Notes under the pieces: generated by a model
Databases searched by the model: none
Told to the model about the DNA's origin: nothing
What the model saw: only the letters and a program-made list of their open reading frames with translations
Assembly (NCBI RefSeq): GCF_036365525.1
Contig: NC_090406.1
Location: 32,479,520-32,543,519, forward strand
Direction of reading: 5' to 3'
DNA: 64,000 bases
DNA from: Heterodontus francisci
Lineage: Eukaryota
Program-made: the position numbers and the translations under genes
Shown here: piece after piece, positions 13,420 to 24,729 of the stretch
Position numbering within the stretch: position 1 is the first letter of the stretch
Layout of the letters: each line of letters starts with the position of its first letter

Positions 13420-13745
13420 TCTCTTTAACCAATCAGATGGAAGAATTGTGAAATTAACAGCAGAAGGACTGAGAAGGAAGTGTAAATTAGAGCGGGTGAA
13501 TTCACTGCCAAATCAGATACAGAAAGAGCATTGAGGGTGGGGAAAAAAAAAAGATAGAAAGGAAAAGTAATTAACATTTTTAAAATCTTTTTAGAATGTC
13601 CAACAGCAATTAAAACCGGAAAGAATGAGACTCCATCCTGGTAATAGTTAATTTTCAGTGCCAGAGAGGTTGACTGGCAGTAATTAACACTCATCATGTT
13701 GTTAAAAGGGTGCTTAAACTGAAATATATAAGACTTAACTTTTAG
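13420..13745 (+). repeat. Unclassified interspersed repeat (related copies at ~22920-23290 and ~24300-25450)
   Basis: Shared core resembling TTTTCAGTGCCAGAGAGGTTG...CAGTAATTA...GTTAAAA at ~13650, ~23155 and ~24640. Confidence 0.5.
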
Positions 13746-14419
13746 GATGGGTTTAGTTTGTGTCTGCTGCACAAGTACAGCATCTTCAAGCTATTCAGTG
13801 CATTTCAATGGTGAGCCAGGCAGTGAGATTTTGCTTTCGCAGATCCCAAAGTGAAAGACCAGTGTCTAGGTGATGAGGCATATTTGAAGTCCTGTCCCTT
13901 ATAAACCAGTATAGGGTTTTTGCAAAAGATAATCCTTCCAATCAAACCTACATTTGCGACTACTGCATCTAACTGCCTCTTGAATGATAGTTATTCTTTG
14001 CTTCCAGTAGCATGCTGAAAAAGACCATTCCACATATCAATCACTTCTTGTGCTTCCTGACATCAGTCTGAACTTGACATTTTGAACCTATACCCTCATA
14101 GTGCAGTTTTTAGGGTCTGTATCGTGATGCATATGGTACCCAAACTATATATGCGACAGGCTAGATGGACCAGTGGGCCTTTTCCTGTCCATCATTTTTT
14201 TTAGTGTTCTTGAAATAGTGCTCTGGATACTTAAGTGATAAAATTTGACTTGGGCAGGGATGCTAAATGGAGTGGTATGGGCTGCTTGTTCCTCTTTGTA
14301 TTCAGTTCTGTTATCCTTTATGATATCACCCATCCAATACTACCACTGTAGACAAATTTCTACCCCTTGGTGCCTTACACACCTCTATAAGGTCCTCTTT
14401 TACTCACCTTGTTTCAATG

Positions 14420-14960
14420 ACAATTTCTTGCATTTATATAGTGCCTTTGACGTAGTGAAACATTCAAAGTCTCTTGACAGGAGTGATTATCAAACAAAAT
14501 TTGCCATTGAGCCACATGACAATACTTGGTGATGATACTTGATCAAAGAAATAGGTTTTAAGGAGTTTCTTAATGGAGGGGAGAGAAGTAGAGTGGCAGA
14601 GAGGGAATTCCAGACCTTGACTGCCAGTGATGGAGTGAAGGAAATAGAATATATGAAAATAGAGGCCTGAATTGGAGGAGTGCAGTGATTTCTGAGAGTT
14701 GTAAAGCTGGATGAGATTACAGAAATAGGGAAGGGTGAGACCATGGCATAATTCAAAAACAAGGATGAGAATTTTAAAATTGAGGCTTTGACTGGCACTG
14801 AGCATGGACGGTGGTGATGAGCACGGAGCGGGGTGATATGTGAATAGGATTAGGTGTGAATTAGGATAAGTGCAACAATGTTTTGGCTGGTGTAAGCTGG
14901 GGTCTGGCTAGGAAAACATAAAAATAATCGAGCCTGGCGGTAACAAAGGCATGGATGAAG
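14420..14960 (-). mobile_element. L2-clade LINE 3' fragment
   Basis: FIHAFVTARLDY, FKILILVF, LLKTYFFDQ remnants. Ends ...TATATAAATGCAAG on the minus strand. Confidence 0.75.
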
Positions 14961-15068
14961 TTGAAGAGCCCAAGTTTTTCTAACCTTTTCTCATGATTCA
15001 GTCTTCTGACATTAGGGTTCAGTTTCTTGGCCCTCACTAACCCAATTTCCAAGGCCTTGATGTTTTTT

Positions 15069-15710
15069 TGAATTTCATCTGCCATATTTCTGCAAGTTTT
15101 GTCCAGGTTTTTTATTTGTAACTGTTTGGCTGCTTCATCAGATTTTACTTCCATTCCTTTCCCAATTTAGCTTTTTGGAGGTTTGCCAGTTACCAGGGTA
15201 TCTGTTTTAGATTTCCTCATTCTTAACTTTGGTTCATTTATTGAAGATGTCCTGATAAGAATGGAACACAGTATTCCACATGTGGCCTGGCCATAACACC
15301 ATAAAGCTTCAGTGTCAGCATCTCAGATTTGAATGCTACAATTGGCTTTTCAGATGAGAGCATTTTTTTTTAGTTGTGTCTTTTTAATGACTGGACATGG
15401 TCATGTAGAATCTACTTTCACCCCATTTCTCTTTCAGCCTCTCCTTTTGCTAGTTTAATGCCATTCATTAAGTATGTTCCATATATTTTTTTCTTTGCAT
15501 CTAAGACATTTGTCCGTCTTGAATTTCATCTGCCATTGTTCTGCAAATTTTGTCCAGGTTTTTTATTTGTAACTTCGGCTGCTTCATCAGATTTTACTCT
15601 CATTCCTTTTCCAATGTAGCTGATAGAGGTTTGCCAGTCACCAGAGTATCTGTTTATTTTAGATTTCCTCATCCTTTAATTTGGTTCCGTTATTAAAGAT
15701 GTCCTAATAG
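15069..15710. repeat. Local direct duplication of a ~190-bp decayed CR1 piece (15069-15260 / 15519-15710)
   Basis: Both copies share TGAATTTCATCTGCCAT...TTTTGTCCAGGTTTTTTATTTGTAAC...GGCTGCTTCATCAGATTTTACT...AAGATGTCCT. Confidence 0.85.
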
Positions 15711-17443
15711 AGGAAGAGGAGGAAGCAAGTTAGTCTGAAAAAATAAAGAACATATCAATCTTTATACGGTATTGATGTGTTGGATCTAGGGCCTGAACAG
15801 AGGAATATGTACACAGAGCCCAACACTGAATACAAGGAAAGTGGGGAGTAGTAGTTTAGCTCAGTTAAGCTCTTCTGCCTTGCAAGGGTCTTTAAATGCT
15901 TTAAAAAAAAAAAAATTCCAAGTAATAGTAACATCTAGTGGTAGAAGAGTAAAGGTGTTATCAGCCTTTGATACTTTTATAAAGAATATATGGGAAGCGC
16001 TTGTGAATGATTACAGGGTAGTTGTTGGAGCCTGCAGGAGGAATTGGTTGATTTAGATAATATGTTTAAACATCTTAAAGGAGATGAATTTGCTATGATA
16101 GTCTCCCAGTGAACTGTCTAATGTACAGAGTGAACATCACTCGAAGGTCCACCAATGCAAATAATCTAAACTTATAAAACATGAAGAACCTATAGTGCCA
16201 TCTTATCTTTTGGAGGATCACTCCGGGAATGGTTTGAATAAGTTGCAACACTAAGATTTGTTTTAAATAGTAGTGCATTCACATAGACTAATCATTGAGA
16301 TTTGATCTATTTCAAATTATAGCTGGGATATTGTAAATCCTCTTGGCAGTAGACTGTGGTTAAAAAACATTTCCTCTCAATCCCCATAATTGCTATGCAA
16401 CCATATAATTTATAAAATGGAAAGGAGCAGACTGACACAGCATTAGTAATTGGTGCTACACTAGCACTTTCAGCTGCCTTTTAGATTCTGGTTTTTCGAT
16501 CCAATTAGCATGGAATTTAAAGAATCGATTGCACTGATTTCTGCACAATGCTGAGCAGTTAGAGAATTTCCACCTATTTGCAAATTTGTAAATATTCTTT
16601 GTTTCATAGAAGCACTTGTAGACTTTGGAAAAAACATAGAATTTATGCAAGGTATCAGCTCTTTGAAAAGCTCAACAACTGAGCTGTACAAAACAGCTAA
16701 ATTCCAGGTTTGTTGTCTTTCAGGGTGGCAGTAGGGATGTTTCAGTTGGCCTTTCAATCAATCAATCCTTGGATTGAGATTTAAGATCAGCCAGAGTTCC
16801 TTTTCCTAATCTCTATCCAATGATTTACCAAAAATGAGCATTTTTCATAAGAGCGTCCTCCACCTGTGAGTAACCTCTGATTCAAAAACACTGAAAATAA
16901 ATTTTAAAAAACCATACTGACCCATTTAATATTCTAATAAGTGTACACTAGACCATTTCTTAGTACATTAATTTTTTGATATGAACAGCCTTCCCAAACG
17001 TATGGTGCACCTTATCTTTTGGAGGATTAGACTTAAGGGATCACTTAGGAGATGGTTGCCACACACCGATTCTTTTTAAATCTTGGCACATTCACATAGT
17101 CTATTAATTGAAATTCAATCTATATTAAGTACCTGCTAGTGCCTGTTTGTTGTAATTTGAAGAACTTTCTCAAACCAACTCAACTGTCAGAATCTTGCAA
17201 GTACAACATGAGGGTATGGCTAGTTTTGTGGGTGGGCGAATTGAATCTTGAACCATTGTAAAAGTTTGCAGAAAACACAAACATATGTAGTTTTGGGCAT
17301 AACTCACTTACAATTAAAATTACATGAATTGTTGTACCGTTTTAACTGATTCTACCCAGATTATGCTGATATTATTGGCATAAATGAGTAGAAACTCTAT
17401 CACCTGATGTATCCACTGTTAGTGTTCCCAAACGTGTGTTTCA

Positions 17444-17819
17444 CCAGTTTTTTTTTAAGTTAAAAGTTTAAACCTATGTTTTCATTAATTTGCAAATATC
17501 AGGTACTGATGCAGGTATGATGTGAATGATTGAGACTCAAATCGAAACATTTCACCAGAATTTTGGTGAAGGCTAAACGCAGGGAAACCAAACTGCAGTT
17601 GGTGAGCTTCTTGTGATTGGCGAGCTCTGACGACATGACCTATGATTTGACCTATTTGGATTTCATGGGTATGGAGTTTGGAAAGGGCTCTTCTTATCCC
17701 TGTGGCCTCAATGGTGGATAAACTCTAATCGGAGCATCAAGATCTGTTATCAGTACCTGATGATCTTTGCAAATTAATGGGAATATAGATTTTAAACTTT
17801 TAACAATAACAAAAACTGG
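17444..17819. repeat. Imperfect ~70-bp inverted repeat (17444-17510 / 17749-17819) around a ~240-bp spacer
   Basis: Left arm GTTAAAAGTTTAAACCTATGTTTTCATTAATTTGCAAATATCAGGTACTGAT versus reverse complement of the right arm GTTAAAAGTTTAAAATCTATATTCCCATTAATTTGCAAAGATCATCAGGTACTGAT. Confidence 0.85.
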
Positions 17820-17860
17820 GAATGCCAGAAATATGAAGTAACACACAAACTGCTTTAAAT

Positions 17861-17998
17861 AAAAGCAAAATACTGCGGATGCTGGAAATCTGAAACAAAA
17901 ACAAGAAATGCTGGAATCACTCAGCAGGTCTGGCAGCATCTGTGGGAAGAGAAGCAGAGTTAACGTTTCGGGTCAGTGACCCTTCTTCGGAACTCCTT
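17861..17998 (-). mobile_element. Young Penelope-like element terminal repeat (PLTR) with 13-bp TSD
   Basis: TSD AACTGCTTTAAAT at 17848-17860 and 17999-18011. The same repeat adjoins Penelope ORF pieces at 42310-42915. Confidence 0.8.
17956..17996 (-). ncRNA. Minimal type I hammerhead ribozyme-like motif (U4C variant)
   Basis: Minus strand GAGTT-CCGAAGA-A-GGGTCA-C-TGACCC-GAAA-CGTTA-ACTCT: core boxes, stem II, palindromic AACGTT stem III and a short stem I. Confidence 0.6.
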
Positions 17999-18914
17999 AA
18001 CTGCTTTAAATGCTCAGCAGGTTAGTTGCCATCTTTGTAGAGAGCAGACAAGTTAATATTGCATCTGTAAACACTGCATCAGAACTGGGTGAAAAACTAA
18101 GTCTCAGAACAAGGGGAAGAGGAAGGGGGAAAAAGTCACACATATGGGAGAAGAAGTGGAATGAGCTGACTGTTAACCTTTTCTGTTGCTATTATGGATT
18201 TAAACTTTATGGAAATTTTGCTTTCATGATTGATATGCATCTATATGGCCAACAAAGACCAATAGCGTGAGCACCTCTGTCTTGGAAAAATATAAAGAAA
18301 TAGGTTTGCAAACTACAGATTTAAATCTATCAAAAAAATTTGGAGCTATCGAGAATAGATTTATAAAACCATCAATGCACAATACTAAAAAGTTATTTAG
18401 TGCACTTGGTTACAGTGGCGGAGGTACAAAGTACAAATAAAAGAACCTGCAAAGTGTTTGGGGGGGGAGGGGGTGGGAGGGTTGGAGAAGAGAGAGAGAG
18501 GGATGGACACAGGTGTATTTGGAGAGAAAAAGACCAGACAGACCAGAAAAAGGGAAGAAAGAAACCTACAGGAAGGAAGTAATATTTCTGACAAAGTAGG
18601 GGTTATAGTTGAGAGTGAAATGTGGGTATGGAAGATGGATTTTGGGGTGGCATGAAAAACTCTGAAAGAGATGGAAGAGTAACAGTTAATTGAGGGGTGC
18701 ATGAAAGGGAAAAATGCAATGGGTTATACTGAAGTCAAAGTTCCCTCAAGGGGGTGATAGTCGTCTTTAACCACTATCATGAGTAAAATACCACTAACAT
18801 ACATTGCTTCCATTATCATTTGTTCAGTGGTAGATGGAACTCACTGTTAACTTGATAAGTTCATGTGTCCCTCAGATACAGTACAATGTTATATTCAGTA
18901 GTATTGAGGAGGGA

Positions 18915-19550
18915 CATAAAAATATCAGAACTGGCGCAGGAGTAGGCCATATGGACTCTCAAGCCTGTTCCGCCATTCAATTAGATCATAGTTGACCTTG
19001 TATATCAACTCTGCTTTCCTGTCCTGCAACGAGTTCTTTTTATGTTGCCTGCTGCAACATAAATGAGATGTGTGGAGTCCAGTTGATTAAAGACCTCAAA
19101 CAGGTTTGTTACAGTTAACTATTATATAGTTCAGAGCTAACTATTTACAGAACCTTACTCTGGGTGTTACAGTAGCAGAGTGACTCAGGCTTGTCACATG
19201 ACTGCATCCTGTTTTTTTGCCTCATTAGCATACTATGATCTTGAAGCAACATCACTCTTGAAGGCAATCACACAACATGCCCTATCCCCATATCCCTTGA
19301 TTCCTTTGATGTCCAAAAATTTATTAATCTCAGTCTCGAAAATACCCGGTGACTGAGCATCCACAGCTCTCGGGGTTAGAGAATTCCAAAGATTCACAAC
19401 CTCTGAGTGATGAAATTTCTTTTCATCTTGGTCCTAAATGATCGACCCCTTGTCCTGAAACTAAGACCCCTAGTTCCAGCCAGGGGAAACAGTCTCTCAG
19501 CATCTACCCTGTTAAGCCCTCTTGAGTTTTATACGTTTCAGTGAGCTTAC
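18915..19550 (-). mobile_element. CR1 3' fragment interrupted by a solo LTR
   Basis: CR1 tail antisense (GGAGTAGGCCAT...) continues after 19282 (CCCTATCCCCATATCCCTTGATTCC). Confidence 0.75.
19025..19277. mobile_element. Short solo LTR (253 bp)
   Basis: TG...CA ends. Flanks TGTCC / TGCCC (5-bp TSD with one mismatch). Cleanly interrupts a CR1. Confidence 0.65.
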
Positions 19551-19554
19551 CTAG

Positions 19555-21215
19555 AAGTGAGAGAATGCATTTGGGGGAGGCAAACAAGGCAAGGGAATAC
19601 ACAGTGAATGTTAGGATACTGAAGTGTAGAGGAACAGAGGGGCCTTGGACTGCATGTCCACGGATCCCTGAACGTGGCTGGACAGATAGATAAGGTGGTT
19701 CAGAAGGCATACAGTATACTTGTGTTTATTAGCCGAGGCCTAGAATATAAGAGCTGGGATGTTATGCTGGAACTATATAAAACACTAGTTAGGTCACAGA
19801 TGGTGTACTGTATGCAGTTCTGGTCACTGCTCTATAGGAAAGATGTGATTGCACTAGAGAGAGTACAGAGGAGATTAATGAGAATGTTGCCTAGACTGGA
19901 GAATTTTAGTTATGAGGAAAGATGGATAGGCTAGGGTTGTTTTCTTTAAAACAGAGGAGGTTGAGGGAAGACCTAGTTGAAGTGTATAAAATTATGAGGG
20001 GACTAAACAGAGTGGACAGAAGGCCCTATTCCCCTTGGTGGAGGGGTCCATAACCAGGGGCATTGATGTAGTGTAAGAGGAAAGTGGTTTAAAGGAGATT
20101 TGAGGTGAAATATTTTCATCCAGAGGGCGGTGGGGATCTGGAACTCATTGTCTGAAAGGGTGGAAGAGGCAGAAATGCTCAACATTTTAAAAAGTACTTG
20201 GATATGCACTTAAAGTGCCATAGTTCCACAAGGCTACTGACCAAAAGCTAGAAAGTTGGGTTAGACTGTCATGCAGGCCCCCACCTGCCAAGAATGAGGC
20301 ACATTAATTTCACCACGTGGCATTAAATTTCAAATTGTTGCTGGGAAGAAGAGAAGGCCTGTAACGAGGGGTTGCCAGGCTCCTGGCTGGAAAGGCATTT
20401 TTGCGTATTAACAGACTCTCATTGGGAACAAAGGAGCCATCCCCTGCTCCAATACAATCCACAAACAGACGTGGTCAAACCAGTTAGTCACATGACTAAC
20501 CTGCTTGGCAGTCTGGGTTTTTTTCCTGAAAGGTACAGTTTTGAACTGAGAGCCGGCAGAAAGCTGTTTGTTCTTGGATTGAAAAGACCTCTCCTGCTGG
20601 CTCGCCGTAGTGTCTCCTGTCTGCTCCCATTTCTTTCTCACGGAACTGAATCCAGTGAAGACACATCAACCCCAAGAGAAAAGTCTCCTACAGCGAACAA
20701 GGTTTAAGAAGAATACTGGGCCCCTACGAAAAGCAAGATCTACCTGCAATCAAGGACTCTACAGTGAGCTCGAAGACCCGTAACAAAAACTCTTCAGATA
20801 TTGCCTCAAACTTTTCCACTTTATTTCTTCTCTTTTCTGTCTCTATTTGCATGTGTGTATCGCGCATACATGCTAGCATGGGCGCGTCGTGTATCCGTAG
20901 GCGTCAACTGAATTAGAGTTTAAGTTTAATAAATTTCAATCTTTCTTTAAAACTAAGAAAACCTGTGTTTTTTTTGCTGGTTTCTTTGCCTTATAATTGG
21001 AAAGTGGTGAACAAGGATTCACCAAGGTGGAGCTAAAAATACAGTGTGTTTAAAAATAAAACCCTGTTACAGTAAGACCAGGTAAAAGGTAAAGGCTAAA
21101 AAGGAACCCTAGACCTCTTTCTCACCTGGTCATAACAGACGGATGGCTGCTTGTCGGCCAGTGTGGGCACGATGTGCCGAATGGCCTCCTTTCATGCTGT
21201 AAATTTCTATGATTC
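19555..21215 (+). mobile_element. CR1 3' fragment (19555-20266 + 21138-21215) interrupted by a solo LTR
   Basis: QIDKVVQKAYSILVFISRGLEYKSWDVMLELYKTLVR. The 3' UTR resumes after the LTR. Confidence 0.85.
20267..21137 (+). mobile_element. Solo LTR (871 bp), probably Gypsy-type
   Basis: TGTCATG...CATAACA inverted ends, AATAAA at ~20928, (A)GAC duplicated at the flanks, inserted in a CR1 3' UTR. Confidence 0.75.
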
Positions 21216-21221
21216 ATTTAT

Positions 21222-22190
21222 GGAATCATAGAATAGTATAGTCCAGTAGGAGGCTATTCAACCCTTCGAGTCTGTGCTTTCTCTTACAAAGAGCTATCCA
21301 GTTAGTCCCACTGTCCCACTCTTTCCCATAACTCTGCAATTTTTTCTCCTTCAATTTTCTTCTCCAATAATTAATCCAAATCCCTTTTAAAAGCTACTAT
21401 TGATTCTGTATCCACCACCCTATCAGACAGTGCATTTCAAATCCTAAGCACTTGTCGTCTCTGGTTCTTTTGCCAAATCTGTGCCCTCTGGTTATCGATC
21501 CTTCAGCCATTGGAAACAGTTTAACTACACCTTTCATGATTTTGAAAGCATCTATTAAATCTCCTTTTAGGTTTCTCTGCTCTAAGGAGAACAGCCCCAG
21601 CTTCTCCAGACTATCCGTATAACTACAAGAATCTCATCCATGGAACCTTTCTAGCTAATCTCTTAGTCATAGAGAGATACAGCACTGAAACAGGCCCTTC
21701 GGCCCACCGAGTCTGTGCCGACCAACAACCACCCATTTATACTAATCCTACATTAATCCCATATTCCCTACCACATCCCCACCATTCTCCTACCACCTAC
21801 CTACACTAGGGGCAATTTACAATGGCCAATTTACCTATCAACCTGCAAGTCTTTTGACATGTGGGAGGAAACAGGAGCACCCGGCGGAAACCCATGCGGT
21901 CACAGGGAGAACTTGCAAACTCCACACAGGCAGTACCCAGAACCGAAGCTGGGTCGCTGGAGCTGTGAGGCTGCGGTGCTAACCACTGCACCACTGTGCC
22001 GCCCCACGCCCCATCTTCTGTACGTCCACCAAAGCCTTTATGTCCTTCCTAAAGTGTAGTCCCAGAATTAGGCACAGTACTCCAGCTGGGGAAATACTCA
22101 TATTTTATTAAGGTTTAGCATCACTTCCTGGCTTTTGTACTGTATACCTCTATTTATAAAGGCCAGGATTCCATCTGATTTATTAACCCA
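21222..22190 (-). mobile_element. CR1 3' fragment with nested HE1 SINE
   Basis: Antisense CR1 tail (ATCATAGAATAGTATAG...) and ORF2 remnants on both sides of the SINE. Confidence 0.7.
21665..22004 (-). mobile_element. HE1-type V-SINE
   Basis: Full head, V-domain and tail. Confidence 0.92.
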
Positions 22191-22441
22191 ACAGCAAAGA
22201 GGGAAATTCTACCGCTTAAATTCTAGAGGACATAGGTCCATGCTACTCAATAAACTATCTAAAACATTTAAAAAATAATGTATTTGTTTAACTTAATATT
22301 TCTAAAAATGTTTCAGTTGATTACACAGCACCCTGTAATTTATTTCATGTTCAGATAGTGAAGCAAGTACCAGCTTAAAAACTTGTAACTTCACCAGATC
22401 AGCTTTCAAGAAAGTAACTGCCTGGATTTACTAGTTGAAAC

Positions 22442-22750
22442 AGGGTGGCGCAGTGGTTAGCACCGCAGCCTCACCGCTCCAGGGACCCATGTTCGATTCT
22501 GGGTACTGCCTGTGCGGAGTTTGCAAGTTGTCCCTGTGACTGCATGGGTTTCCGCCGGGTGCTCCGGTTTCCTCCCACAGCCAAAGACTTGCAGGTTGAT
22601 AGGTAAATTGGCCATTGTAAATTGCCCCTAGTGTAGTTAGGTGGTAGGGAATATGGGATTACTGCAGGGTTAGTATAAACGGGTGGTTGTTGGTCGGCAC
22701 AGACTCGGTGGGCCGAAGGGCCTGTTTCAGTGCTGTATCTCTAAATAAAT
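22442..22750 (+). mobile_element. HE1-type V-SINE (short internal deletion)
   Basis: TGGCGCAGTGG A box, GTTCGATTC B box, V-domain, tail. Confidence 0.92.
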
Positions 22751-23320
22751 TTTAAAAAAAATTCCTGTTAGCACTGAAAGAACAGTGCATGCTGTTCACC
22801 ATACTGACAGGTGTCCACAAAGTTTTGTTGGGCATTAGGGCGGAGACTTCCTGTCATGGAGTATCTGTTTCAGTGTGGAGTTATCTCGGGGGAATTTATA
22901 GATAGGGCAAGAAACAGCGAGGCTCTTTAACCAATCATACTTAAGAATGGTCACTGAGACATGCCAAGTCCAAAACTATAAGTATAAAGCAGGAAATGTA
23001 AATTAGATTTGAATGATGAAGAGAAAGTGAAATAAAGATTGGGAAATACAGGTGGGATTCAGGGACTGATAAAAGAGACAAATGGAAAAGGTAAAAAAAA
23101 TTGCAATATTAATTTTCTTCTGAGGGAATGAAACTCCACACTTGTAAAATTATTTTTTTCAGGGCCAGAGAGATTGTTCATCAGTAATTATCACTTATAA
23201 CGCCATAAAACAACTCACTCACTCCTAAGTGCACATGGCCTAACTTTTTTGACCATCTTAATCATTTTAATTTCATCCAGATTAATTTATAGACAGGGTT
23301 GCTTTTAATTTAAGGTAACC

Positions 23321-24157
23321 GAAGGATGTTGTAGGGTACAGAGGGACATAGATAGGCTGCAGAGCTGGGCTGAGAGATGGCAAATGGAGTTTAATGCGGA
23401 AAAGTGCGAGGTGATTCACTTTGGAAGGAGTAACAGGAATGCAGAGTACTGGGCTAATGGGAAGATTCTTGGTAGTGTAGATGAAGAGAGAGATCTTGGT
23501 GTCCAGGTGCATAAATCCCTGAAGGTTGCTACCCAGGTTAATAGGGCTGTTAAGAAGGCATATGGTGTGTTAGCTTTTATTAGTAGGGAGATCGAGTTTC
23601 GGAGCCACGAGGTCATGCTGCAGCTGTACAAAACTCTGGTGAGACCGCACCTGGAGTATTGCGTGCAGTTCTGGTCACCGCATTATAGGAAGGATGTGGA
23701 AGCTATGGAAAGGGTGCAGAGGAGATTTACTAGGATGTTGCCTGGTATGGAGGGAAGGTCTTACGAGGAAAGGCTGAGGGACTTGAGGTTGTTTTCGTTG
23801 GAGAGAAGGAGGAGGAGAGGTGACTTAATAGAGACATATAAGATAATCAGAGGGTTAGATAGGGTGGATAGTGAGCGTCTTTTTCCTCGGATGGTGATGG
23901 CAAACACGAGGGGACATAGCTTCAAGTTGAGGGGTGATAGATATAGGACAGATGTGAGAGGTAGTTTCTTTACTCAGAGAGTAGTAAGGGCGTGGAACGC
24001 CCTGCCTGCAGCAGTAGTAGATTCGCCAACTTTAAGGGCATTTAAGTGGTCATTGGATAGACATATGGGTGAAAGTGGAATAGTGTAGGTCAGATGGTTT
24101 CACTGGTCGGCGCAACATCGAGGGCCGAAGGGCCTGTACTGCGCTGTAATGTTCTAA
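23321..24157 (+). mobile_element. Young 5'-truncated CR1 (HER1-like)
   Basis: Uninterrupted ORF2 C-terminus 23384-24088 (WQMEFNAEKCEVIHFG...RPHLEYCVQFWSPHY...FFTQRVV.AWNALP). Near-identical to 29391-29780. Confidence 0.95.
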
Positions 24158-24729
24158 TTTAATCAACACAAAGACGGTGAAAAAACGGAAATAAAATCGA
24201 ATGCACAAAGGAGAAATTAACCGGGGGCAGGTTGAGGTCAAATGAATTTCTATAATTTCTGTCTGTAAAATTTAATTAAAAGTGAAGGATGATCAGTCAA
24301 AAAAAGCTGGCCACAAAGATCTAACAATCTCTGTGGTGTGTTTCCCCCCCCCCTTTCTCTACATTAATTTGAATCTGGCATTAAGTCAAGGGGATCTCCA
24401 AGCATCTAGAAACAGTGATGTCATTAATTCGGGGAAACAGCCAATCTCATTGACGTATTGTTATAGACAGAAAAACAGCAAATAAAATGCACTTTTGTCA
24501 GCAAAATAAATGAATGGGGCATACACATGGGATTAATGTAGAGGCAGAAATAGCATCAACAAACTTTAAAAAAAGTTTTCAAAATACATTTTTTTATCAT
24601 AGTGGAGAAATTTGACATTCCAGAAATATAGAATTGTTTTTTCTGGGCCATTGAGGCTGCTCGGCAGTAATTATGAGCTTAGTACACTGTTAAAAACCCA
24701 GTTACACCTTATCCAACAAGATGTAACTC

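Noticed and set aside
16191-16290. H/ACA snoRNA call
   Set aside because: A hairpin plus ACA is present, but there is no ANANNA H box in the hinge of either copy; kept only as an unexplained duplication.
17498-17765. C/D scaRNA with terminal stem
   Set aside because: No clean RUGAUGA box C, and the stem is part of a much longer inverted repeat.
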